64,000 bases of DNA from the IMG/VR virus record IMGVR_UViG_3300043409_001318, positions 32,001 to 96,000 of that record; one strand, written 5' to 3'. A model generated the notes under the pieces. That model did not search any database. It was not told the DNA's origin and saw nothing but the letters and a program-made list of their open reading frames with translations. A program made the translations under genes and the position numbers. The stretch's first letter is position 1. Every line of letters starts with the position of its first letter. Source of the stretch: a virus. Shown one piece after another: positions 43,791 to 52,352 of this stretch.

Positions 43791-44747
43791 ATGATGAAAT
43801 TATTATTAGAAAATTGGAAAAGATATATTAAAGAAGAATTAAGACCAGAAGATTATGAAGATTTCCCACAAAAAGAAAATGAAGAAGCAGAAGCTTATTT
43901 AGGAAATCCAAAAGAAATTGGTGAATTTATTTATAGAGCTTTTCGTGAAGAACTTGAAAAGCAACCAGATGATACTGAAGCTCAACTTTGGTCCGATAGA
44001 ATTGTAAGCGATGCTAATTCTAAAATTAGAAAACAATTTCCAAATGTAAAGTATCTTGGTCATGGTGTATTTAGAACTGCTTTTACGTTAAACAAAAATT
44101 TAATTATAAAAGTTAATACTTCTTTTACAACTGATAGCGGGCAGTTAATGAATAAAGACGATTTTACATTAAGTCGTGATTCTAAAACTTCTAAAATATT
44201 TCCAAGAGTTTATTCTCACGATCCAAACTTTAATTGGATTGTTATGGACTTGGTTTTTCCAATTGTAACACCAAAAGAATTTTGTTCTTTCTTTCCAAAC
44301 AAATTAATTCCTTCTTCTTTGATTAGCAGTAATACTATATTTTATAGATCAATATTACAAAATTCTATAAGATATAAAGTTGCTAAAGTTGCACAAGACG
44401 ACGAAACACTGAAAAAGGTTCAATACTTACATGATGCTACTATTAAAACTACATTAGAACCAATAGTAGGTAAACCTATAACTGTGGAAGAAATAGTTAG
44501 TGGATTTGACCAAACATTTTTTGAAGTTTGTAGTGCTATTGAAAAATATAATATAAAAATTATAGAAATAAGACCAAATAATACAGGCTTCACGATTGGT
44601 GAAAGTGGTAATAAACAATTTGTAATTTTAGATTCTTCAATTGACGCAAGTTTAAAAAAAGGACTTAATGAACCAGAACCTAAAGCTGCTCCTCCAAAAC
44701 CAGATAAACAAATATTAAATGCTGTAACTGCTCCCCCTAAAAAATGA
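43791..44747 (+). CDS. protein-kinase-like fold protein with ENW leader (atypical), paralogue
   Basis: GHGVFRTAF, LIIKV, EIRPNN, VILDS. Confidence 0.8.
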   Translation: MMKLLLENWKRYIKEELRPEDYEDFPQKENEEAEAYLGNPKEIGEFIYRAFREELEKQPDDTEAQLWSDRIVSDANSKIRKQFPNVKYLGHGVFRTAFTLNKNLIIKVNTSFTTDSGQLMNKDDFTLSRDSKTSKIFPRVYSHDPNFNWIVMDLVFPIVTPKEFCSFFPNKLIPSSLISSNTIFYRSILQNSIRYKVAKVAQDDETLKKVQYLHDATIKTTLEPIVGKPITVEEIVSGFDQTFFEVCSAIEKYNIKIIEIRPNNTGFTIGESGNKQFVILDSSIDASLKKGLNEPEPKAAPPKPDKQILNAVTAPPKK

Positions 44748-44962
44748 AATATAAAATTGGAGATATTGTTGAAGTAACCTTATCTCCAAAAAAAGGTTAT
44801 TCTCAAAAAACTCCACCTGTTATGGCTTTAATAAAAGATATTGATGATACAAAAGTAAATTTTAGAAAAACTGCTTATTATGTTTGGTTAATGAGTTCTC
44901 TAAATGAAACTTGTTTATGGGTAGAATTAGAAAAGTATAAAGTAAAAAAACTAACAGATTAA
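44744..44962 (+). CDS. small SH3/KOW-like protein
   Basis: MKYKIGDIV. Confidence 0.7.
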   Translation: MKYKIGDIVEVTLSPKKGYSQKTPPVMALIKDIDDTKVNFRKTAYYVWLMSSLNETCLWVELEKYKVKKLTD

Positions 44963-44999
44963 CTATTTAATTTGTTATATTATAAAAGGAAAATATTAT

Positions 45000-45293
45000 A
45001 TGAAAATTACAGAAGCTAAAATACGTCAAGTAATAAAAGAAGAAATACAAAACGTATTAAATGAAATGCACAATGAAGATCCAACATCATTAGGACTTAC
45101 TGGTCCAAAAGTTGCTGCTGGCGTTGCTGGGGCTGTTGGTGTCAACGGATTAATTAAATACTTAGAACAAGCTTTAATGGAACATCCAGAATGGAGAGAT
45201 AACGTAGAAAAATTTTTAATGGCAGGCAACGAAACAATTAATAGTGTTGGTAATGCTGTCAGCGGTATGTTTGAAAATAAAAAAAGAAAATAA
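45000..45293 (+). CDS. probable virion protein
   Basis: MKITEAKIRQVIKEEIQNVLNE leader; late motif at 44962. Confidence 0.75.
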   Translation: MKITEAKIRQVIKEEIQNVLNEMHNEDPTSLGLTGPKVAAGVAGAVGVNGLIKYLEQALMEHPEWRDNVEKFLMAGNETINSVGNAVSGMFENKKRK

Positions 45294-45349
45294 TTCTTTC
45301 TTGACTTTCTAATTTGACCTGCATAAGATGTATACTCTTAGGAGATAGT

Positions 45350-45835
45350 ATGTCTGTGCAGGTTGATTATTTTTCTAGTTCAAAATTTATTGTAAAAGTG
45401 GATAAAGCTGAGCGTCTAAAAGACCTTATTGAACTTCTTAAAGAAGAAGGAAATACTGGATCTGGTTATTATAGTAGTGATCATTATATAAATCTTTATG
45501 ACTATGGTAATAATGCTTTTTCTCTTCATACAGGTGGGTATTGTGATGGGAGTCCAGAACTTAAGGACACCATTATAAATGAATATAATAGCGAAGAATA
45601 TGAAAGTGAAGAAGATCAAAATAGTTATTGTGGCTCTCATAACATTTTTGATTTAATCCAAAATATGCTACAAGAAGAATCTTGGTTTTTTGTTGACTCT
45701 ACTGGATTTGAGAAAGGTAGAATTTATAATAACACTTCTTTTTATCACGCAGATGGTAGGAATGGTTCTATAAATACATGGGAACTAAAACGTAAGATCC
45801 TTGAAGAACACGGAGTAGACAGCAAACAGTTATAA
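45350..45835 (+). CDS. hypothetical protein
   Basis: Sigma70-like promoter near 45301; AGGAG RBS before ATG 45350. Confidence 0.75.
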   Translation: MSVQVDYFSSSKFIVKVDKAERLKDLIELLKEEGNTGSGYYSSDHYINLYDYGNNAFSLHTGGYCDGSPELKDTIINEYNSEEYESEEDQNSYCGSHNIFDLIQNMLQEESWFFVDSTGFEKGRIYNNTSFYHADGRNGSINTWELKRKILEEHGVDSKQL

Positions 45836-45838
45836 TAT

Positions 45839-45870
45839 AAGCCCTCGCAGAAATGCGGGGGTTTTCTTTT
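45839..45870 (+). terminator. intrinsic terminator
   Basis: CCCTCGCA-GAAA-TGCGGGGG plus T tract. Confidence 0.88.
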
Positions 45871-45898
45871 ATGAAAAACTATTTATTAAGAGGTAAAA

Positions 45899-46606
45899 AT
45901 GAATATAACTCCACAACAGAAACACGTTATTGATTGTGTTTTATCAATTTTTGAAACAGGAAGAATTCCAACTACTGCTTCTTATTCTACTTGTTCTATT
46001 TTAGAAGATGGAGCAGGTATATCATATGGAAAACATCAATGCACCGATAAAGCAGGTTCATTAGATTTGGTTTGTAAGAAGTATATTAAATTAGGTGGAC
46101 AACAAGCAGAACCATTAAAACAATATATGAATTATCTTGCTACAAATCAATCTTCGAAATTTGGTTCAAGAAGAGAAACTTACCCAACTTGGCTTGTATC
46201 CTTGATTAATCTTTTAAAATCTGCTGGTCCAGATCCTTTAATGCAGAAAGCACAAGATGAAATATTTGATGTAAATTATTGGCTTCCAGCAGTTAACCAT
46301 TGTAATAATATTGGATTGAAAACCCCTTTAGGTCATTTAATTGTTTATGATAGCACAATTCATTCTGGTCCTAATGGCGTAACAATAATTCGTAATCTAT
46401 TTCCTCAAAAATCTCCTGCTAATGGTGGCGATGAAAAAGAATGGTGTCTTGCTTATATTAACGCAAGAAGAATTTGGCTTTTAAATAATCCAAACGCATT
46501 AGTTAAAAAAACAATTTATAGAATGGATGCACTTAAAGCTATTGCTGATGCTAATAATTGGGAACTTAAAACTCCTCTTGTAGTAAGAAACGTAAAAATT
46601 ACCTAA
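45899..46606 (+). CDS. chitosanase/GH46-like lysozyme-fold protein, probable lysin
   Basis: SIFETG, GAGISYGKHQ.TD, DSTIHSG. Confidence 0.75.
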   Translation: MNITPQQKHVIDCVLSIFETGRIPTTASYSTCSILEDGAGISYGKHQCTDKAGSLDLVCKKYIKLGGQQAEPLKQYMNYLATNQSSKFGSRRETYPTWLVSLINLLKSAGPDPLMQKAQDEIFDVNYWLPAVNHCNNIGLKTPLGHLIVYDSTIHSGPNGVTIIRNLFPQKSPANGGDEKEWCLAYINARRIWLLNNPNALVKKTIYRMDALKAIADANNWELKTPLVVRNVKIT

Positions 46607-46637
46607 TTAATAGGTAAGATTAAAGGATAAAAAAATA

Positions 46638-46919
46638 ATGTTAACAGAAAGAAGACTTAGACAAGTAATTCGCAAAATAATTATGGAAGTTACTGGTGCG
46701 GACGCAGAAAGATTTACGGCAATTGCCAATTCAGCCAGACAACAAATGGGTTCTGAACAAGAAAAATTTTTTAATAATAAATTAGGTAGTTCCGATAAAG
46801 AAAGAGCTAATAACATACAAAGGCTTCAACATTTAATTATGGGTGGAAAAGATATTGAACCTAAAGATAAGGGAGCAGTTTCTACTCTAATCCAGAAAGC
46901 ACTTGCTGAATTAAAATAA
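46638..46919 (+). CDS. probable virion protein
   Basis: MLTERRLRQVIRKIIME leader. Confidence 0.75.
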   Translation: MLTERRLRQVIRKIIMEVTGADAERFTAIANSARQQMGSEQEKFFNNKLGSSDKERANNIQRLQHLIMGGKDIEPKDKGAVSTLIQKALAELK

Positions 46920-46950
46920 TCCAGTTAGAGATCCCACAGAGAGGTGTTTA

Positions 46951-47358
46951 ATGGAACGTCCTTCGTGGGATTTTATTTGGTCCTCATTTGCTTCTACAAT
47001 CGCTCAACGTTCTATGGACCCTAACTTCAAGGTGGGTGCCGTAATCGTTCCAGAAGACAATACAGGTGTGCTGGCGATTGGATATAACGGCGATGAGAAA
47101 GGTGGAGAGAATTGTAGGGATAGCGAAGAAACTGGTTCATCTGGTTTTATTCACGCTGAGATAAACGCACTTATTAAGATGGATTTTAATAACCCAAAAA
47201 GAAAGAAAATGTATGTAACTCTTTCTCCTTGTAAGATGTGCGCGAAAGCAATTATTAATGCAGATATAAAAGAAGTTTATTACATACAAGAATACCGTGA
47301 TGATGCAGGAATTAAATTACTACAAAATCACGGTATTAAGGTTTGTAAGATTATCTAA
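46951..47358 (+). CDS. dCMP deaminase family
   Basis: HAEINAL and SPCKMC zinc motifs. Confidence 0.92.
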   Translation: MERPSWDFIWSSFASTIAQRSMDPNFKVGAVIVPEDNTGVLAIGYNGDEKGGENCRDSEETGSSGFIHAEINALIKMDFNNPKRKKMYVTLSPCKMCAKAIINADIKEVYYIQEYRDDAGIKLLQNHGIKVCKII

Positions 47359-48329
47359 ACAGGAATGTCGGAAGGCTTTGAAGTTCTTGTTGGTCTTTCG
47401 TTTGGATCGGCTGGTGTTAAAGCGGTTATATCTGATCTTGAATCAAGATAATTAATAACTGCTTTTAATACAAGCATAAGCATGTTTACGTCTGCTAATG
47501 CATCGTGCCAACCTTTATTTACAATGTCAAAGGCATCAATTAATTTACCAAGGGAAACGGTAAAGTATGGAGCACCAGCTTTATTTACTGCTGAGAGTTT
47601 AGTTAATAAACGCTTATCTTTCTCTGATAGATTTTTTCCTTGTTCTTCATCAGCTTTAAATTGTTTTAAGGCTGGTGTAATAAACATTTTGAATACTGGT
47701 ACTGTATCTAAAACAGCATCGTCAAGAACTGGAATTCCATATCTTTGGTGCATTTCATTAAGGTATCCAACATCGAACGGAGCATTTTGAGCTACCAATA
47801 TTCTATCTGGGTATTGTTGTACAAATTCATTAAATTTTGTTAGTGCTTCTTCCATAGATTCAAAACGAAATTCTGGTGCTATACCTTTTTTCATTCTTTT
47901 CTTTGGATCTTGTGAAACACCATAACCTGTCATAGAAAAGATTTGTGGAATAGTCATAAATGAGCTTTTCTCACCAGCAGCAGCTCTTTCTGCTTGCTTT
48001 TTCTTTTCCCAACCCATAAATCCTTTTGTTCTGTCGGATAAATTAATTTTAATATTAATTTGACCTATGATTTGTGGTTCTTGACCTTCTTCAAATCCTT
48101 TTGGATCAACAGCAATAGCAGCTAATTGTGTGATTTGATTGTAATCTTTTTCTGGTTTAAGACCTGTTGTTTCTGTATCAAAGAAAATCCAAGTTTTGTT
48201 TCTTGCACTTTCAACATTATTTCTAAATTCTGGAAAACTTCCACCAATTTCATCTCTGGTCATAGTTCTTTCATTAACGACTTTTTTAAACCCTCTCCAG
48301 CTTTCCATAATCAAACCAAAATTTTTCAT
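47355..48329 (-). CDS. DEDDh 3'-5' exonuclease (DnaQ-like) with leader
   Basis: FFDTETTG, VAQNAPFD, WHDALAD; IMESWRGF..VVNE leader; ACTAATTA on minus strand 48352-48359. Confidence 0.92.
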   Translation of the reverse strand: MKNFGLIMESWRGFKKVVNERTMTRDEIGGSFPEFRNNVESARNKTWIFFDTETTGLKPEKDYNQITQLAAIAVDPKGFEEGQEPQIIGQINIKINLSDRTKGFMGWEKKKQAERAAAGEKSSFMTIPQIFSMTGYGVSQDPKKRMKKGIAPEFRFESMEEALTKFNEFVQQYPDRILVAQNAPFDVGYLNEMHQRYGIPVLDDAVLDTVPVFKMFITPALKQFKADEEQGKNLSEKDKRLLTKLSAVNKAGAPYFTVSLGKLIDAFDIVNKGWHDALADVNMLMLVLKAVINYLDSRSDITALTPADPNERPTRTSKPSDIPV

Positions 48330-48380
48330 TTATAAACCCTCACTTTATTGGTAATTAGTATTTAAAAACTAATTAGATAT

Positions 48381-48815
48381 ATGAACACAAAAAAATGGTA
48401 TAAATTTCTTCGCGAACAACAAGAAGAAGAAAAAGAAAATGGTATAGCATTAACAAAAAACGAAGAAGACATTAATGCTGACCCAATTGAAAAACATTCT
48501 GGATTAGATCCAATTGTTACAGATGATATTTCTGTATTTCAACTTGTTGTTAAAGCAGAATTTCGTAAAGGATCAAAAGTTCTTCTTACACAATTCAAAG
48601 ATATTATTAGAGGTATTGTTTCTGTTACTACAGTTGGAACGGAAGATCTTCCAGATGCCTCCGAAATGTATGATAGAAGGAATCTTAATGTTAAATTTGA
48701 ATTAGAACGTGGTGAGAATATCGATGAATATATGAGAGCCGTTCTTATTCCTCAATTAAGAAAGATTAGAGGTATGAGAGTTCTACATTACGGAAAAATA
48801 GAAAAAGTAAGATAG
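48381..48815 (+). CDS. probable virion protein
   Basis: KKWYKFLRE leader; ACTAATTA at 48368. Confidence 0.75.
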   Translation: MNTKKWYKFLREQQEEEKENGIALTKNEEDINADPIEKHSGLDPIVTDDISVFQLVVKAEFRKGSKVLLTQFKDIIRGIVSVTTVGTEDLPDASEMYDRRNLNVKFELERGENIDEYMRAVLIPQLRKIRGMRVLHYGKIEKVR

Positions 48816-48816
48816 T

Positions 48817-48845
48817 TGACAGAATTGGTATTTATGTATATAATA
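48817..48845 (+). promoter_or_regulatory. consensus sigma70 promoter
   Basis: TTGACA-17 nt-TATAAT. Confidence 0.8.
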
Positions 48846-48859
48846 TCTTAGGTATCTAA

Positions 48860-49159
48860 ATGGCCGAGACAAAGAAATTAAAAATTCCTGCTGAAAAATT
48901 AGCTACTGCTGCTAATATTGATGCTTTATTAAAAACTCAAAAGAAAATAAAAGAATTATATTCTTATGAAATGATTATTGGCGAAGGTTATGGACATTAT
49001 TATAGTCCAGAAGAAAGAACTTTTGTAAAAATAAGAAAAGGAAGATTAGTTATTCGTTTGTCAGAGGACACCGATAAGAAAGGAAGATATCTTATCTACG
49101 CGGAGAACCAAAAAATATTGGTTCCAAAAGAAGAAATAATAGACATAGGATATCACTAA
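48860..49159 (+). CDS. hypothetical protein
   Basis: Follows the promoter; TAATG coupling to the next gene. Confidence 0.7.
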   Translation: MAETKKLKIPAEKLATAANIDALLKTQKKIKELYSYEMIIGEGYGHYYSPEERTFVKIRKGRLVIRLSEDTDKKGRYLIYAENQKILVPKEEIIDIGYH

Positions 49160-49632
49160 TGAAAAAAGAACGTTGGTTTTCTGGCGATTACAAAGAAACA
49201 AATTTAGAAGAAATATTTGCTGATATTACAAATCACTCCAAGAATAAAGGAAAGATTTATATTGGATCTGACTCATACGTCCAAAAACAAAATTGTGTGT
49301 TTTGTTGTGCGATTGTTCTTCACGGAGCAGAAGGTCAAAGTGGTGGAAGATATTATTATCATAGGTTTTTAACTCATAAGAATAATTTTCCTTCTATGAC
49401 AGCAAGAATTACTCATGAAGTTCAAAAGTCAATTGAGATTGGAATGCAAGTTGGTCAAGAATGTCCTAATGTAAAAGTAGAACTTCATTTAGATATTAAT
49501 AATGATAAAAGAATGTCTAGTCAAAAAATGGCAGAATCTATGACAGGATGGGTTAAAGGACTTGGATTTGATTGTAAGATAAAACCAGAATCTTGGGCTT
49601 CATCAAAGATAGCAGATATACACACCAAATAA
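49159..49632 (+). CDS. RNase H-like YkuK/DUF458 family protein
   Basis: IYIGSDS, ELHLDIN, IKPESWASS.IAD. Confidence 0.85.
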   Translation: MKKERWFSGDYKETNLEEIFADITNHSKNKGKIYIGSDSYVQKQNCVFCCAIVLHGAEGQSGGRYYYHRFLTHKNNFPSMTARITHEVQKSIEIGMQVGQECPNVKVELHLDINNDKRMSSQKMAESMTGWVKGLGFDCKIKPESWASSKIADIHTK

Positions 49633-49643
49633 AAAAAGATTTT

Positions 49644-49677
49644 CCCCTTAACTATTTAATGTAGTTAGGGGGTTTTT
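49644..49677 (+). terminator. terminator hairpin containing a late promoter octamer
   Basis: 11-bp stem 49644-49654/49662-49672; ACTATTTA at 49651-49658. Confidence 0.75.
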
Positions 49678-49678
49678 C

Positions 49679-49948
49679 TTGTTTGAAAAAGATAATATTT
49701 TTGGTGGTTCACTTGTTTCTAAATTTGATGTTGGTGATATAGTTTCTTGGCCTGTAATTAAAAATTATTATGACCAAGATGCAGACACTGTAATTAAAAT
49801 TGGTATATTAGCAGAACTAAAAAAAGTAATAAGATCTGAAAGACCTGTTATGCTTGCTAAGGTTCTTGATTTAGAAGCAGGAGTAGAAAAAGAAATATTA
49901 CTTGTTTCTATTAGTTTAGTATCAAAAGCAAAAGAAAATAGAGTTTAG
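49679..49948 (+). CDS. SH3/KOW-like protein
   Basis: FDVGDIV; start uncertain. Confidence 0.65.
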   Translation: MFEKDNIFGGSLVSKFDVGDIVSWPVIKNYYDQDADTVIKIGILAELKKVIRSERPVMLAKVLDLEAGVEKEILLVSISLVSKAKENRV

Positions 49949-49964
49949 AGGACTATTTAATATT

Positions 49965-51851
49965 ATGAAATTTATGCTAAATAAACAAACTGGTGTCTTT
50001 ATTTTAAGAGAAGATATATTTGATAGAATCTCTCGTCAAGCTAAGGCTGAGGTCGGATCAGAAATAGCTAGTGAAAATGCCGCTGCTTCTGATAGAGCTG
50101 CGGCATTTTTAAAATCAATTGATAGGGTTAGAGATAATTATATCAAACAACTTTATGAGAAAAAAGAAACTGATAAACCTTCTTATTTAACTATTATTCC
50201 TTTGTTGGTTGATAAAGCCACTTCTAATAATTTAATAAACGAAATTAAAAAAAGTATTGATAAAGTTAACGCTGAATGTACACCATTTTTTACTGATATA
50301 AGAGATAAAAAACAAGTTGATTATAATAAACTTATTAATGCGTTACAGATAAATCTTAAAGGTACAGTTGCAAGATTAGTATTAGAAGCCATATCTGGAC
50401 CACCATTACAAACAGAAGTAATATTTCAATCAATTATAAAAAATTATATTGCTTTTTTAATAAACGAAACTTTATTAAAAGATTTATCTGATGAAGATAA
50501 AAAAAATGTTTTTGGAAATGAGGAAAATTTTAAAAAATTTCAACAAATTTTTAGTAAAATGTTAATGGCAACAGATGAAGAAATTAAAGTTTATCAAGTT
50601 TCTCTTCAAAAATATAATATAGCAAAAGATAAATTAAAAACAAAAAGTCCAGAAGAAGCAAAAGAAGAAGAAGATACAAAAAGAGCAGAAAAAAAAGAAC
50701 AAGATGAACTTAGACTATATTTAACAGGAAAGAATAAAGAATTAGCCCGTTTTGTTCGTATATATGGTATTCTTTCAAGAACAGAGGGCATAGGTGATCA
50801 AGATAAACATCAACAGGTTATTGACGACTTTGAATCATATATTGATGAATTTTCTGATTTAATTGATAGTAATGAAAAACTTGATAAAGAAGGATCAAAA
50901 GATCGGATGGAACTGATATTAAATTCTATAGAGATGAAATATGGTTCTCTTAAAGATGAGCTTAAAGAATTAAATGCAGCAAAAGCAGTAAAAGAATCAA
51001 AAACTCTCAAAGAATATAGAGAAGAAATTAACAATCTTCTTATTCCTCACATGCAGAAACAACTTGGTTTTAATCATCCTCCAACAATTAATTTTGCTGA
51101 TGATCAAGGAAACGCACAAGATATGTTTGGAAAAACAGCATATTATAATCCAAGCACAAGCGAAATAACCGTTTATATAACCAATAGACACCCAAAAGAT
51201 ATCATGCGTTCTGTTGCTCACGAAGTAATACACCACGCACAGAACCAAAGAGGAGAGTTTGAGAACTCATTTAATCTTGGTGAAGAAGGTTACGCACAAA
51301 ACAATTCCCATTTAAGAAGTATGGAAGAAGAAGCTTATTTAAGCGGAAACATGATATTTAGAGATTGGGAAGATCAATTTAAAAAACAAAGGAACCAAAA
51401 AACTATGGTAAACGAAAATAATTTAAGAGCCAAGATAAGATCTATGATTGTTGAAGAAATCGCCAATCAAACCGAGAACAAGCCAGCCAAAGAACATGAT
51501 AGTAATTGCGAATGTGAAGATTGTAGTAAGAAAAGAACATTCTTAAAGAATAAGGGTGTTAAAAACATAGCTGAGAAAGTTGAAAAAGAAATTATGCCAC
51601 TTAAAGAATGGAGAAATATGGAATTAAACTCATTACTTCTTCATAGATTTGGTCTTGTTTCTCCACAAGTTTTAGGTGAGAAGAAAAAAATGCCTATGAA
51701 AAAAGATATAGAAGATGCCGATGGTGATGGGGATACAAATGAAAAAGTACCAGCTTTCTTGAAAAAAGGAAGTGCTAAAAAAACTCCAACCAAGAAAGGT
51801 AAAGTCCCACCACAATTTTTAAAAGGTAAGAAAAAAGATGAAAGCAAGTAA
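49965..51851 (+). CDS. large probable virion protein with HExxH metallopeptidase domain
   Basis: RHPKDIMRSVAHEVIHHAQ..E; DADGDGD loop; LxE segments. Confidence 0.8.
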   Translation: MKFMLNKQTGVFILREDIFDRISRQAKAEVGSEIASENAAASDRAAAFLKSIDRVRDNYIKQLYEKKETDKPSYLTIIPLLVDKATSNNLINEIKKSIDKVNAECTPFFTDIRDKKQVDYNKLINALQINLKGTVARLVLEAISGPPLQTEVIFQSIIKNYIAFLINETLLKDLSDEDKKNVFGNEENFKKFQQIFSKMLMATDEEIKVYQVSLQKYNIAKDKLKTKSPEEAKEEEDTKRAEKKEQDELRLYLTGKNKELARFVRIYGILSRTEGIGDQDKHQQVIDDFESYIDEFSDLIDSNEKLDKEGSKDRMELILNSIEMKYGSLKDELKELNAAKAVKESKTLKEYREEINNLLIPHMQKQLGFNHPPTINFADDQGNAQDMFGKTAYYNPSTSEITVYITNRHPKDIMRSVAHEVIHHAQNQRGEFENSFNLGEEGYAQNNSHLRSMEEEAYLSGNMIFRDWEDQFKKQRNQKTMVNENNLRAKIRSMIVEEIANQTENKPAKEHDSNCECEDCSKKRTFLKNKGVKNIAEKVEKEIMPLKEWRNMELNSLLLHRFGLVSPQVLGEKKKMPMKKDIEDADGDGDTNEKVPAFLKKGSAKKTPTKKGKVPPQFLKGKKKDESK

Positions 51852-52068
51852 ATTTTTAAGATTAAGATCTAAATTAGAAAAAGCTTCTAATATAATTACA
51901 GAAGCTACAAAAGAAATAATTATTGTAGTAGAACAAGCAGTTAAAGAAGTAGAGAAAGTTGTAGAAGAAGAAATAAAAGAAGAAGTAGTAGAAGCAACAT
52001 CAATTATACAATCTGTAGTTGAAGAAGTCAAGCCAACAATAAAAAAGAAAGTGGGAAAAGATGCCTAA
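51838..52068 (+). CDS. low-complexity E/V-rich protein
   Basis: Operonic overlap. Confidence 0.6.
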   Translation: MKASKFLRLRSKLEKASNIITEATKEIIIVVEQAVKEVEKVVEEEIKEEVVEATSIIQSVVEEVKPTIKKKVGKDA

Positions 52069-52351
52069 CACTAATTTATTAGATAATATTACATGGAATT
52101 TTATTAAAGAAAGCGCACAACCAAGCGTTAGATCTTATATTCTTTCAATAGAAGAAAAATTAAAGTCTCTTAAACCATCTACTACTTCGGACGGTGATAG
52201 AGTTGCTACCGCTCTAAGAGACTTGAAAGAAGTAAAGAAGCATGTTAATAGAATAGAAGAAGAATTAGAACAAGAGAAGAACGATCATAAGGATCTTAAG
52301 TTTAGATATGAGAAGTTAAAGTCTAAAGCAAAAGCATCTAAGGAAGAATAA
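52061..52351 (+). CDS. coiled-coil probable virion protein
   Basis: WNFIKE leader. Confidence 0.7.
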   Translation: MPNTNLLDNITWNFIKESAQPSVRSYILSIEEKLKSLKPSTTSDGDRVATALRDLKEVKKHVNRIEEELEQEKNDHKDLKFRYEKLKSKAKASKEE

Positions 52352-52352
52352 C

